Source of the DNA: a virus
Taxonomy: Duplodnaviria > Caudoviricetes
Length of the DNA stretch: 63,816 bases
Virus record (IMG/VR): IMGVR_UViG_3300032224_001028
Span: 1-63,816 of that record
Direction: 5' to 3' (one strand)
Below are positions 19,550-28,855 of this stretch, piece after piece. How positions within the stretch are numbered: the first letter of the stretch is position 1; every line of letters starts with the position of its first letter. The notes beneath the pieces are model-generated. The model saw only the letters and a program-made list of their open reading frames with translations. It ran no database searches and was not told the origin of the DNA. The translations under genes were made by a program, and so were the position numbers.

Positions 19550-20348
19550 TCGTCCAAGATTATTACTGGTTCTATCCGACATCCATTGTGGATCGGTCGT
19601 AGGACTTATGCCTCCGGAAACTGAGACTGTCACGGGCAACAAGATAGGTTTTGGCAGGAACATTCATCATGCGTGGCTATGGGACAAGTGGTTAGAGATG
19701 CAGAAGCGGTTTGCAAAAATCAGAGGGAAGAGTCCGTATGCGATGCTTTTGAACGGGGATCTTACCGAGGGAGTACACCACAACTCAATCGAGAATCTAA
19801 CCCAGTTAATTGAAGATCATGCAAACATGGCCGTTGAATGCCTTGAGCCTCTGGCAAATAAGGCTTGTCAGGTCTTGGTGACACAGGGAACAGAGTGCCA
19901 TACCCATAACATTGAGTCCTATATTGCCAAAAGGCTAAAGGCTCGATCTGGTAAGGCACTTCCTCAATGGTTGTTCAAGATTGCCGGCACACTTGTTTCG
20001 GCAACGCACCATATCAGTACGGCAGGACGGGCAGTAAGCGAATCGAGCGCATTAGGAGCCGAGCTAGGGAATGCCCGTTTGCAGTCGGCCCGATCCGGCC
20101 ATGAGATCCCAACGGTTTTCTTGCGGGGCCATAGGCACGTCGGGGGATGGTATTCGGATGGGGCCGGTCTTATGGGGATCACCGGAGGATGGCAGTTTTT
20201 GACCAGATACGGGCGCAAGGTTGTCCCGTCCAGTGTACCCCGCCCATCGGCCCTTGTGCTTGACTGGCGATCCGTTCCGGACGGATCCCTGCCGGTGGTA
20301 AATGAGATCAGTTTCCCATCACCACAAGGTGACATCGACGTTTTATGA
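19542..20348 (+). CDS. Calcineurin-like metallophosphoesterase
   Basis: SDIH, NGDLTEG, GTECH, HH and GHRH motifs. Confidence 0.8.
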   Translation: MSDRPRLLLVLSDIHCGSVVGLMPPETETVTGNKIGFGRNIHHAWLWDKWLEMQKRFAKIRGKSPYAMLLNGDLTEGVHHNSIENLTQLIEDHANMAVECLEPLANKACQVLVTQGTECHTHNIESYIAKRLKARSGKALPQWLFKIAGTLVSATHHISTAGRAVSESSALGAELGNARLQSARSGHEIPTVFLRGHRHVGGWYSDGAGLMGITGGWQFLTRYGRKVVPSSVPRPSALVLDWRSVPDGSLPVVNEISFPSPQGDIDVL

Positions 20349-20626
20349 GAAAACAACCTACCAAAAAGCAGTTAGAGGAAAGTGCAGACACCGCATGGAA
20401 AGATGCCATTCGGGATCACGTAAAGAAACGCTATGCTGAAAAAATCCCAAAGGGATGGTACACGGCAGATCAGATCTCAAAGCAGATCGGACATAACAAG
20501 GAGTACACTTCTCGCCACCTATCTGAATTGATCAGAGCAGGGAAGGCTGAAAGAAAGAAGTTTTCTCTATTGGTAAATGCGGAGCCACCCTACCACCGGC
20601 GACTACCCATGTTTAGGCTTCTATGA
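20345..20626 (+). CDS. Winged-HTH protein
   Basis: YTADQISKQIGHNKEYTSRHLSELIRAGK. Confidence 0.55.
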   Translation: MRKQPTKKQLEESADTAWKDAIRDHVKKRYAEKIPKGWYTADQISKQIGHNKEYTSRHLSELIRAGKAERKKFSLLVNAEPPYHRRLPMFRLL

Positions 20627-20835
20627 TCGCAGTACTAGCATTCCTTGTCTGCTTGTCCGGATACGTTTTCGCTTTCGTGGTATGGAAAGCGGGTAAGGTT
20701 GAGGAGCAACAAAAGAAGGATTTTGAGAGGGACGAGGCTTGCTCAAAATACATGATCGCCAACCGGATCTTCTCTAGGGATCCGGAAAACTTCAAGGACA
20801 AGGATGAGGACGGGGTAGAGGACATACTCGAATGA
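20623..20835 (+). CDS. Small membrane protein
   Basis: N-terminal TM; coupled. Confidence 0.5.
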   Translation: MIAVLAFLVCLSGYVFAFVVWKAGKVEEQQKKDFERDEACSKYMIANRIFSRDPENFKDKDEDGVEDILE

Positions 20836-21050
20836 GCGAAGGTCAAATCTCATCGTTTGCAAACGAAATGTCAAAGTTCGTGGTCAATGGCATGCCACTC
20901 GTAGAATCGGACAAGTACGAGGAACGCATAAAGATATGCCGGCAGTGCGAATTTTACGACCGCTACCAACGCAGATGCCGGAAGTGCGGTTGCTTCATGC
21001 TTTTCAAAGCACGGATGGCAACTGCCTCATGTCCTGAAAAGAAGTGGTAA
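20832..21050 (+). CDS. Small Cys-rich protein (DUF6171-like)
   Basis: RIKICRQC...CRKCGCF...K.....CP..KW. Confidence 0.7.
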   Translation: MSEGQISSFANEMSKFVVNGMPLVESDKYEERIKICRQCEFYDRYQRRCRKCGCFMLFKARMATASCPEKKW

Positions 21051-21057
21051 AATAGCC

Positions 21058-21405
21058 TTATTTGAGCTTATAAGCCGATTCTAGCAGTGCCTTCTTGTTG
21101 GCAAGTAGGCGACGCACTAAACGCAACTCCTCTTTATTTAACCCCTTTGGAGGCTCAAACTGATTCACCCATACCGGATCCTCAGTTCCTAGTCTTTGCT
21201 TCGCCCATAGAGCTTGAAGTTCATTGGACTCCTGCTTTGTCAGGCCCATGGCACGAACTACCAATCGAAGGATTTCGCCTTTGACCGGACGCCCCTTCTC
21301 AATTTTCCAGATTGTCGAACGATGCAGACCGCACTTTTTGGCGATCTCGCCCATGGTCATTCGCTTTTCGGAACGCTTCCATGCAAACCATTGGTTTATT
21401 TTCAT
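21058..21405 (-). CDS. XRE-family HTH repressor
   Basis: MTMGEIAKKCGLHRSTIWKIEKG. Confidence 0.85.
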   Translation of the reverse strand: MKINQWFAWKRSEKRMTMGEIAKKCGLHRSTIWKIEKGRPVKGEILRLVVRAMGLTKQESNELQALWAKQRLGTEDPVWVNQFEPPKGLNKEELRLVRRLLANKKALLESAYKLK

Positions 21406-21552
21406 AGTGGTTATGATATGGCAACAAGTACAGGGCGCACTAGCATTTTATTCGACTGATTGATAGGTGTTTATAGAAAAACAACTAAATGAGGAAGTCG
21501 AGCCAACTCAAAATCCCCATGCCAATCAGGATGCCGAATAATACCGATACGA

Positions 21553-21738
21553 TCACAAGGCCAATCTTTTCACCCAAAGGGCCGGCAGGGGTTTCCCCCC
21601 TGCCTCGGCGATAAACCGATCCGCCTTTCCTTTGGTAAGCTGAAGGACGCCCAACACTCGTCGGGCATCCCCCCGTGTTGCCACGGTATCGATTACCTTG
21701 CGCTCCTTTCCGCAGATTTGGATAATTTTGTACTTCAT
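21553..21738 (-). CDS. Hypothetical protein
   Basis: 61 aa; more protein-like than the overlapping 85-aa frame. Confidence 0.45.
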   Translation of the reverse strand: MKYKIIQICGKERKVIDTVATRGDARRVLGVLQLTKGKADRFIAEAGGKPLPALWVKRLAL

Positions 21739-21744
21739 TCATGT

Positions 21745-22548
21745 TTAACTGGCGAGTGCTAGCTCGTCAGCAGTCCTCCATAGGGCCGAATTGATCCGGT
21801 GATCTGCCACAAGGGAACGCACTGACCCCATCCGGCGCATTCTGTTTTTGGGAGTCACTGCATTGGCAACCCTGACAGGGGATCCATAATCACCTCGAAT
21901 CACGTTTTCCTGTACTCGGTTCAGAACAACCCAAAGGTTGTCTCCCCGATCCTCTTCACGACGGACAATATCGACCACTCGACTAGGCTGAGTAGGCCAT
22001 TTCGTCCGATCCTCACCATAACGGGCAGTCAATCCCGTTTCAGCAAGCCGGATGGCCCCGTCCATACCGCAGGGGGTTTTCATCCAGTTCTGAATGCCAT
22101 TCTCAAGCAGGGGTAGGTTGTCCATGATCTTAGCGATAGCCTCTTGGATTCCTTCCACTGCTTTGATCGAGTGACGCACACGGTACGAAAACGAGGAGCC
22201 GGCAAAGGCCGGAACGCTCAATCCGTTCGTGCATATCAATCGTGTCAGGCCGAGCGAAACGAGAAAGCCACTCGTTCCATCGTGAGAATTAAAGAGATCC
22301 ACTGAAGGTGAAACCTCATTCAATATCACCGGCGCATTTTCCCGCCGGAACGTCAGCTTGTGTTTGCTAAACACACTGGCGTTACGACGTCCTACCTGAC
22401 GTGCGCTTGCGACTCCCCATCCGGTTTGAGCCAAACTCGTCACGATCTCACGGGTAGGGACGAATCCGTACCGGTTCGATAAGTGCGAACTTGGCGTCTC
22501 GGCGAATACTGCCGGAGCCTTAGTTGCGATTTGTTCTGTTGTTAGCAT
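21745..22548 (-). CDS. DUF932/DUF945-family early protein
   Basis: SNRYGFVPT, NSHDGTS, RLICTNG, LWVVLNRVQEN and INSALW motifs. Confidence 0.85.
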   Translation of the reverse strand: MLTTEQIATKAPAVFAETPSSHLSNRYGFVPTREIVTSLAQTGWGVASARQVGRRNASVFSKHKLTFRRENAPVILNEVSPSVDLFNSHDGTSGFLVSLGLTRLICTNGLSVPAFAGSSFSYRVRHSIKAVEGIQEAIAKIMDNLPLLENGIQNWMKTPCGMDGAIRLAETGLTARYGEDRTKWPTQPSRVVDIVRREEDRGDNLWVVLNRVQENVIRGDYGSPVRVANAVTPKNRMRRMGSVRSLVADHRINSALWRTADELALAS

Positions 22549-22595
22549 GTGTATGTGTCCTTTCTTGGTTGGTTATTTTGTTTCTGATTGTCTAG

Positions 22596-22826
22596 TTAAT
22601 AAGTAACCCATTCGTGTCTTGAGACTTTGAATGGAATGCCCATTTCTTCCGCTTTCTTTTTTGCAAGTTTGAGCGTGGAGAACCGATCCCCAACCGGCTG
22701 GCCCACCTTGTTGAGCCAAGACGCAGACCAGACGACTTTTGAGCCGGCAACCTTATGGATGAACATTGTGTTGCGGGAGTCTGCCAAGTATGGGTTAGGG
22801 TTGTTGAGGTCTAGTGTTACCATCAT
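22596..22826 (-). CDS. Hypothetical early protein
   Basis: ORF with GAAAGGA RBS. Confidence 0.55.
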   Translation of the reverse strand: MMVTLDLNNPNPYLADSRNTMFIHKVAGSKVVWSASWLNKVGQPVGDRFSTLKLAKKKAEEMGIPFKVSRHEWVTY

Positions 22827-22858
22827 ATTACGTATCCTTTCTTTGTTGGTTGTTGTTA

Positions 22859-23080
22859 CTATTCATGACTTCCGACCAATTCGTTAAAGACATCTCCATG
22901 AACTATCTTTTCTGAGAGCGTGTGGATGGCCCCGTCGATCTCGTAGTCCAAGGCAACAATCGCAAGCGGACTGGTTTGGGTCTTGGGATAAAGCCGAATC
23001 ATCAGGCTTCGGTCTTTCCCATCGGCAGACCTTGGTAATTCAATCGACGCAAGATAGGTTCCGTCCTCAAGTTGTTTCAC
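22859..23080 (-). CDS. Hypothetical early protein
   Basis: Coupled ORF, GAGGA RBS. Confidence 0.55.
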   Translation of the reverse strand: MKQLEDGTYLASIELPRSADGKDRSLMIRLYPKTQTSPLAIVALDYEIDGAIHTLSEKIVHGDVFNELVGSHE

Positions 23081-23391
23081 GATTCCTCCTCTTGAGCGAG
23101 ATTCGCCCAGTTCAGTGCCTCGTAAGCCCGATTTCCGATTGAAGAGCGAACCATGATTGATCCGCTTAATTGCTTCTCATCCTTGGTGATCCGCCCGAAC
23201 AAGGCCAAGTCCCTGATGTCACCCAACGCCTCACGATAGAGGGCGATCTCAGTCTTGAGTTCCTCGATTCGCTTGATCTGTCGAGCGCACAGAACTCGAA
23301 CTCTGCTCTCTGCCATCTTGTACGGGTCGTCACTGAGATAGCTGGCAATAATTCTGGATTTGATTCGATTGGTCGTGCTTCTGGCTATCAT
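23077..23391 (-). CDS. Hypothetical early protein
   Basis: AAGGAGG RBS. Confidence 0.6.
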   Translation of the reverse strand: MIARSTTNRIKSRIIASYLSDDPYKMAESRVRVLCARQIKRIEELKTEIALYREALGDIRDLALFGRITKDEKQLSGSIMVRSSIGNRAYEALNWANLAQEEES

Positions 23392-23537
23392 GTTCGTGCC
23401 TCCTTGGTTTGAGTTTTTGGTGCAGGGAAGAGCAGTGGGATGGCGATTGAAGCGATGGAGGCCAGAAGCCAGCAGATCGCAAAGACGATCAACCGTGTTT
23501 TTCCCGCCGGAGAGAGAGGGGGGAGGAAGATTTTCAT
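23388..23537 (-). CDS. 49-aa membrane peptide (not in ORF track)
   Basis: MKIFLPPLSPAGKTRLIVFAICWLLASIASIAIPLLF..., directly after the promoter motif at 23569. Confidence 0.5.
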   Translation of the reverse strand: MKIFLPPLSPAGKTRLIVFAICWLLASIASIAIPLLFPAPKTQTKEART

Positions 23538-23544
23538 GACAACT

Positions 23545-23577
23545 TCATTACCCCAGTTGTTGCCATTCTGACAACAA
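23545..23577 (-). promoter_or_regulatory. Early promoter motif copy (TTGTTGTCA-N17-GTAATGAA)
   Basis: Aligns with the five canonical copies. Confidence 0.6.
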
Positions 23578-23610
23578 GTAAATCACGTTGAATGACAGTG
23601 GTTAAGGATT

Positions 23611-23871
23611 TCAACGCAATTTACCTCCTATTTTTTTGACCTTCTTGGCGCACGTTGGACAAGTCGGGATCCCGTTTTGATCCTCGATGGAAGTGTCCCA
23701 GCAGAGATATTTTCCAGAAATCTTGCAACCCATCTCACCATTGATTACCGCATGAGTGAGATAGGCCCACGTTTTATCTTTTTTGTAGAAAGGATGCTCA
23801 CTGGCATTCCCGCCAACTCCGTAGATCTCGATTGGGGCGTAGGTTCTGGACAGGCTCATCGCTTCCTCCAT
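23611..23871 (-). CDS. Hypothetical Cys/His protein
   Basis: THAV...C...CPTC. Confidence 0.5.
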   Translation of the reverse strand: MEEAMSLSRTYAPIEIYGVGGNASEHPFYKKDKTWAYLTHAVINGEMGCKISGKYLCWDTSIEDQNGIPTCPTCAKKVKKIGGKLR

Positions 23872-24311
23872 GCCCTGAGCCGGTTGATTGCGTAAGCCTC
23901 GGTGTCCACCTCGGAGGATTTGCCACGGGATCCCCAGCAGTAGCCTCGTTTGTTCTTTTGTTTGTACTGCCAGAGGTGGCGCAGTTCGTGAGCCATGATG
24001 ACAACCAGTTTCTCGACTCGGTTGTAAAGCCAGTACCTTTTATCCTTATGCTGGCCGTACTGGTACGGTTGGTAGTAACTGGGTTTATCAAGGGCATCGA
24101 TCCGGCAGACGACGAACGGACAACTCCGGTCGTGGAATCGACTGCGACGATAAGCACGACCGGCGACTCCTGCGCTTTTTGTATTGTCCCCGTAGTGCCT
24201 TCCAAGGTTGGAAACCCGCACGTCAAAGTTTTTCACTCCGGAGGGAACTGTGTGCCGGATTATCTCCCGCACCATCTCATCCGGAATTGTCGTGAAGTTT
24301 TTCAGTCTCAC
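23856..24311 (-). CDS. Zincin-like (HExxH) metallopeptidase, SprT-like
   Basis: IMAHELRHLWQ...SEVDTEAYA. Confidence 0.7.
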   Translation of the reverse strand: MRLKNFTTIPDEMVREIIRHTVPSGVKNFDVRVSNLGRHYGDNTKSAGVAGRAYRRSRFHDRSCPFVVCRIDALDKPSYYQPYQYGQHKDKRYWLYNRVEKLVVIMAHELRHLWQYKQKNKRGYCWGSRGKSSEVDTEAYAINRLRAWRKR

Positions 24312-24339
24312 TTTTTTTCCTTTCTCATTTTCTCATTCA

Positions 24340-24457
24340 CACATTCAATAGTACAAACTAAGTATTTTTGACAACAAATATATTTCACTGACTATCAACT
24401 AAATAAAAGATTAAAAAAGTTGTTGTCACTTTGCATTAGGGCCGGCTATGGAATGCG
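24340..24457. promoter_or_regulatory. Divergent pair of early promoters (TTGTTGTCA-N17-CTAT-N7-GTG)
   Basis: Motif at 24369-24377 (-) and 24420-24428 (+); AT-rich spacer. Confidence 0.75.
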
Positions 24458-24672
24458 TGAACTTTCCAATCGGCAAAAGAAACTTTCGGAACCGGCGGGA
24501 GGCCGTCATCGCTCTCCGGTCTGCGTTCCGTGCAGTGGCGGATATAGGAGAAGTGCCGGATGTACCTAACAACATCGAATACACGACTGAGGTATCCAAC
24601 ACTACTCTCTATGCCCTCCTCTCCGGAACCAGCATTTTCTTCGGGACAATCAAACTAGAAGGAGGATCATGA
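24457..24672 (+). CDS. Hypothetical early protein (leaderless GTG start)
   Basis: GTG 7 nt after CTAT box. Confidence 0.55.
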   Translation: MNFPIGKRNFRNRREAVIALRSAFRAVADIGEVPDVPNNIEYTTEVSNTTLYALLSGTSIFFGTIKLEGGS

Positions 24673-25523
24673 GAACAATGCCATTTCCTCAGTACCGGAA
24701 ACCAAACGGAGATTACAATACTTTCCGAGAACTAAAGCACCTGAGCGAATCGGAAGTACGGGCAATCGTCGAGGAACTTACGGATGCTTACAAGAAAACC
24801 AAGAATAGCGATGAAAGATGGGAAGTTAGTCAAACACTCTACCCATACCGAAGTGCGCTTGAGAGGTTCGAAAAAGCGAGCAGGGCCAAGGCCCGTGAGG
24901 AAAAGAAAAACTCCAAGATGGCAGAGGAGCAGAGGATCAAAGAGCTAGCCTCCTCGCTACGGATAAATCTGATACCCGTCGAAAAAGCCCTAGCCAAGTC
25001 GATCATCAAACGGAAAAACGGGGATCTAAAAGATGGGATTGAGTTCTTCAAGAAACTCAAAAACAAGATCCGGATTGTTAGTTGCCGTGAGGCTTTCGAC
25101 TTTGATAAAGGTGTTTTCCAATACTCCCAGTTCAGGGAATGCTACGGGGATCTCTTCGAGTATGACTACGATGATTCCTACGGAAATAGGGGCAGTGCAA
25201 CAGTCTCCAAAAAGAAGGGGATTGAGGAGAAGATCGAGACAGACTCGAAAGACTATGCCAAGTCAGCTTGTGACGCCTTCAGTTGCAAAATCGTTCGCCG
25301 GACTGAGGAGGTGATCGAAGCCGGACGACTTGGTACGACTGAAAAGATCGTCAAGACTGCCTACGTCGGAGCAGTCGATCCGTGGGCCGGCGGGAAAGTG
25401 ATCGTGACGACGACTAACGGAAAGTACGTTTGGAACACGAAAGTCATCCTAAACTTCTCCAAGCTGGGCAACCCCTTCAACCAATGGCCCACCAGACTAG
25501 AGGGGAGCAACGAAGAATTATGA
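24669..25523 (+). CDS. Hypothetical early protein
   Basis: 284 aa; GGAGG RBS. Confidence 0.7.
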   Translation: MRTMPFPQYRKPNGDYNTFRELKHLSESEVRAIVEELTDAYKKTKNSDERWEVSQTLYPYRSALERFEKASRAKAREEKKNSKMAEEQRIKELASSLRINLIPVEKALAKSIIKRKNGDLKDGIEFFKKLKNKIRIVSCREAFDFDKGVFQYSQFRECYGDLFEYDYDDSYGNRGSATVSKKKGIEEKIETDSKDYAKSACDAFSCKIVRRTEEVIEAGRLGTTEKIVKTAYVGAVDPWAGGKVIVTTTNGKYVWNTKVILNFSKLGNPFNQWPTRLEGSNEEL

Positions 25524-25536
25524 GTACTAAAAATAG

Positions 25537-25574
25537 TTGTTGTCAGAACGCCGGCGACCGTACTATGGAAACTG
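25537..25574 (+). promoter_or_regulatory. Early promoter motif copy
   Basis: TTGTTGTCA-N17-CTATGGAAACT-GTG. Confidence 0.75.
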
Positions 25575-25741
25575 TGAACGAAAAAAACCTCTGGCCCCCC
25601 AATCGGTACGTTGTTGTGAGCAAATACACGGGAGCAAGTGAGGTTTATGAATCTCTTGTTGAGGCCGAACTCAACGGCAACGTGATAGGTGAGCTATTCT
25701 TTTTAGTGGGAAAAACCAAAAACCAAAAGGAGGTCACATGA
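25574..25741 (+). CDS. Hypothetical early protein (MNEKNL..., leaderless)
   Basis: In-frame GTG after promoter motif. Confidence 0.55.
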   Translation: MNEKNLWPPNRYVVVSKYTGASEVYESLVEAELNGNVIGELFFLVGKTKNQKEVT

Positions 25742-25965
25742 GCTTAAGCGAACTAAACGAAAAGACGGGCATCTCAGAAGAGAGGCTGGAACAAATGTTC
25801 TTGTTCTTGTTTCGGCTTCGTGATTCGGCAGTAACGAACATGTTCGGGGCCGGATCCTACTTGGAGGGCCGGTTCTCCATCAAGCCACGGCAATCGACGC
25901 CGGTTCTGGTGTACTGGATGGAAAACTGCGAAACCTTGGCTGGAAAGATGGGGGTAACACTATGA
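25738..25965 (+). CDS. Conserved-looking small phage protein
   Basis: FLFRLRDSAVTNMFGAGSYL...VLVYWM; AAGGAGG RBS. Confidence 0.65.
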   Translation: MSLSELNEKTGISEERLEQMFLFLFRLRDSAVTNMFGAGSYLEGRFSIKPRQSTPVLVYWMENCETLAGKMGVTL

Positions 25966-26357
25966 GCCTAAGCGGGATAATTGCAACGAAGATAGAGTTT
26001 GAAGAGGACAGATCCTCTAATTGCACTAGATTGCGTTCAGATTTGGTCGATTTGTCTCCATCAAAACGCACTAAAAACTACGGATATATCGTAACTTTCA
26101 GGCATCGCAGGAAGGCAAATAGATGTTCCTATGGAGGATGGAAGGCAAGGAAGGCAAGCGTTGATTTTGAATTGTATGTATGCGGAATGTATCGTCGTGA
26201 CGACAATACAAGGTGGACAAGGAGAAGCGACGTTCCATTAAAACACAGAAAAGTTTGGGACTTCATGGAAAACTCTGCTCCCGTTGTATGGGAAAAGAAC
26301 AAATGGTATATGTCTTTGTGGAGTGAATCGAAAAACCAAAAGGCGGATCTAGCGTGA
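25962..26357 (+). CDS. Hypothetical early protein
   Basis: Coupled ORF. Confidence 0.55.
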   Translation: MSLSGIIATKIEFEEDRSSNCTRLRSDLVDLSPSKRTKNYGYIVTFRHRRKANRCSYGGWKARKASVDFELYVCGMYRRDDNTRWTRRSDVPLKHRKVWDFMENSAPVVWEKNKWYMSLWSESKNQKADLA

Positions 26358-26896
26358 GCGACGAGATCACCAAGCAGTACCACATCGAGTTTGTTCTAGG
26401 GATGAGTAAATCCACCCTGAAGCGCAAAATCTGGAATATGGCAAACAGTCCGGAAGCAATTCAGGCGTATAAGCTACTAAGTTCCAGAAGGAACGGACTC
26501 TTCACCTTGTCCGAGCTTTCCGGTTTGGCAGAATGGATTACTTGGGACGACGCATCAGCTAACGGAGAGCCGGATGCAGTTACCGGCCTAACCCTGTATC
26601 GAGATCGACGATGCAAACGCCGGTATGACCGAGCTTGCAGAACGATTCGTGAACTTGAAAAGATTGAGAAAGCAACCCAAGCAACCCAAGCAATTCAAGC
26701 AATGCAAGCAAACAGAATAGAAGTTTATATGTCCGAAAAGCGCATCAAAGAGTTTTCCAACCTTGATGATGCAATTATTTGGGCAAACCCTCGGCCTTGG
26801 TCGCATAGTCTTTTTTTTGAGTACTGGAACAGGAATGAATTAGTTCACAGTGGAATACTAAAACAAATCATAACAACCAATATGGAAGTCACATGA
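26354..26896 (+). CDS. Hypothetical early protein
   Basis: Coupled ORF; contains a 9-bp tandem (ATQ ATQ AIQ AMQ) at ~26670-26712. Confidence 0.55.
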   Translation: MSDEITKQYHIEFVLGMSKSTLKRKIWNMANSPEAIQAYKLLSSRRNGLFTLSELSGLAEWITWDDASANGEPDAVTGLTLYRDRRCKRRYDRACRTIRELEKIEKATQATQAIQAMQANRIEVYMSEKRIKEFSNLDDAIIWANPRPWSHSLFFEYWNRNELVHSGILKQIITTNMEVT

Positions 26897-27075
26897 ACCT
26901 AACCGAAGATATTCAAGATACGGACTGCCGGAAGTCTTTCGTGATGGTAAAAGGGGATTGGATCGATGCTTCCAAAGTCGAGTTCTTGGACATATCAGAG
27001 GATTTATACGGGCGAGATTGCATGACATTCATTTATGAGGGCAACCAATACGAAAGCGTTGTAGTGACAAAGTGA
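26893..27075 (+). CDS. Hypothetical early protein
   Basis: VEFLDISEDLYGRD...F motif; coupled. Confidence 0.55.
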   Translation: MNLTEDIQDTDCRKSFVMVKGDWIDASKVEFLDISEDLYGRDCMTFIYEGNQYESVVVTK

Positions 27076-27082
27076 AAAATAC

Positions 27083-27120
27083 TTGTTGTCAAAATCCAAG
27101 TACCGGCACTATTGAAGTCG
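27083..27120 (+). promoter_or_regulatory. Early promoter motif copy
   Basis: TTGTTGTCA-N17-CTATTGAAGTC-GTG. Confidence 0.75.
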
Positions 27121-27356
27121 TGAAACAAAGAAACCTCCCTGCCGGCCCCACAACTGCCAACAAAACTTGGCAGGAACGGGTGAACGAGCTTGAAGAGGAG
27201 GGATTTACCACCAGTGACGCACAAGGGGCCGTGGACGTCGAAATCATGGAAGGTTGGAGGCCCAGCGACTATCAACCTTGGATGAACCTTCCTCTTGGGG
27301 CCGATCTCTCCTACGAGGAAATGGGGAAATGGCTACGGAAGCAGGGGACAAAATGA
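27120..27356 (+). CDS. Hypothetical early protein (leaderless)
   Basis: WQERVNELEEEGFTTSDAQG. Confidence 0.6.
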   Translation: MKQRNLPAGPTTANKTWQERVNELEEEGFTTSDAQGAVDVEIMEGWRPSDYQPWMNLPLGADLSYEEMGKWLRKQGTK

Positions 27357-27607
27357 GCGAGAAGATTACATTAGATTTGACTTTCCCTGCGTACCTAAAG
27401 GTTCTCAAGTTGGACAATACTCTTGTTGGAGGCCCAAGCTACATGGGCTTTGCCTACTTCTGGAATCACGAATACCGGCACTACCTAAGAGATGCCAGTG
27501 AGGTTGAAAGGGTCAGGGTTCACCGGAAACTCCTTAAGGCCGGCCTAGATGTCGATGGATGTAGCAAAAAACATGAAAAAATAATAATAAAGGAGGTAGG
27601 CGAATGA
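27353..27607 (+). CDS. Hypothetical early protein
   Basis: ATGA-coupled. Confidence 0.55.
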   Translation: MSEKITLDLTFPAYLKVLKLDNTLVGGPSYMGFAYFWNHEYRHYLRDASEVERVRVHRKLLKAGLDVDGCSKKHEKIIIKEVGE

Positions 27608-27813
27608 AAACATATTTACTCAGATCAACTCGAAATGGAAATTACTACGGGTTAAGTAAGCCATACTTTTGCCCTTTCAATGGACAATTAAAAACCGTCG
27701 AAGGGTTCTTCGAGGGATGCTTCAAAGATGATGCGCTTCGCCTCACAAAACAGGAAGCAATCGATGCTTGGAAACGGTTTGATCCAACTAATCTTGAGAT
27801 TGTTGAACTATGA
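27604..27813 (+). CDS. Hypothetical early protein
   Basis: AAGGAGG RBS. Confidence 0.6.
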   Translation: MKTYLLRSTRNGNYYGLSKPYFCPFNGQLKTVEGFFEGCFKDDALRLTKQEAIDAWKRFDPTNLEIVEL

Positions 27814-27995
27814 GCGACAACGCCCCATTCCAAGTCGATGAAATTGTGATCATGCACAGTCCATTTACGGAGGAGGACGTGCTGGTAAATTACAGGGGCC
27901 GGAATGGTGCGAAAGCAGTCGTTATCCCAACCCCAAAGGGACTGCAAATGTCCGTGCCGGTGGAATGGCTACGGAAACAGGAGGAAAAGAAATGA
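27810..27995 (+). CDS. Small SH3-like hypothetical protein
   Basis: Coupled ORF. Confidence 0.5.
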   Translation: MSDNAPFQVDEIVIMHSPFTEEDVLVNYRGRNGAKAVVIPTPKGLQMSVPVEWLRKQEEKK

Positions 27996-28225
27996 AAACC
28001 AAAGCAGAAAAGACGGGAATCAAGAAAACATCAGAAGCGACTAGGCGGAGGGTAGAGAAAATGATAACGCTCAAACTGTTCAAAAACCTTGGGCAAGCAG
28101 TTGCGCTAATTAATGACGCATCTTCGCTTATCGACTACGAGGATGAAAAGAATCCTAGCTACGGAATAAAATTCAGATGCGAGAAGTTTGTTAAGAAGAT
28201 GCTGAAGGAATGGCAAGGGAAATGA
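27992..28225 (+). CDS. Hypothetical early protein
   Basis: GGAGG RBS. Confidence 0.5.
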   Translation: MKTKAEKTGIKKTSEATRRRVEKMITLKLFKNLGQAVALINDASSLIDYEDEKNPSYGIKFRCEKFVKKMLKEWQGK

Positions 28226-28446
28226 AGTTTTACGAAGTACAATGGAGTGAAGGATTAGCCGGAAACATTCGACAATTTGCGACTACCCTAGCCGGAGTTA
28301 AGGAAATAAAGGCAAAAGCCAACCAGCGTAATGAAACCCCACGGGACTATTTCATTGTGACAAAGGTATCGTTTAAGAATCCTTCTGAACTGTGCAAATG
28401 GTTAAATAAGCATGCGAGAAGTGCAGAATGTTGTGGAGACGAATGA
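28222..28446 (+). CDS. Hypothetical early protein
   Basis: Coupled ORF. Confidence 0.5.
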   Translation: MKFYEVQWSEGLAGNIRQFATTLAGVKEIKAKANQRNETPRDYFIVTKVSFKNPSELCKWLNKHARSAECCGDE

Positions 28447-28775
28447 AAGCCATCCTAATTAACCCATCAGCTACGCCGGCCATACAAGAAGTCGAGATCG
28501 GCGGGGAACTCGAAGAGGCTCAAAAGCTAGTTGGGGGCTACATTGAAATGATCCGGCTAGGGGCCAAGGACGCTATTTTTATAGACGAGGATTGGAATAA
28601 TAAGGATCCCAAGAAACGCTTTTCCGGATCCTTTGAAATAGGTGCAGAAAAATACGGCAAGTTCACAATCGGAGGCAGGGGATTGATCGTCGGAATCAAG
28701 GGATCCGGCAACACTGACACGTCGCTAAACCTACTAAAAGCCTCCCAGTTGGTGACAGTACTCTCCAAAGTTTAA
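28443..28775 (+). CDS. DUF3846-like protein
   Basis: MKAILINP...LEEAQKLVGGYIE...IFIDED. Confidence 0.7.
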   Translation: MKAILINPSATPAIQEVEIGGELEEAQKLVGGYIEMIRLGAKDAIFIDEDWNNKDPKKRFSGSFEIGAEKYGKFTIGGRGLIVGIKGSGNTDTSLNLLKASQLVTVLSKV

Positions 28776-28817
28776 TTTCATTATTTACATAAAACGCTCA
28801 TAACGAGCGAAATACTT

Positions 28818-28855
28818 TTGTTGTCAGTTTCGTTGCGTCACGACTATTGGAATCG
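28818..28855 (+). promoter_or_regulatory. Early promoter motif copy
   Basis: TTGTTGTCA-N17-CTATTGGAATC-GTG. Confidence 0.75.

Noticed and set aside
21485-21742. 85-aa minus-strand ORF
   Set aside because: G/R-rich alternate frame of the more plausible 21553-21738 gene
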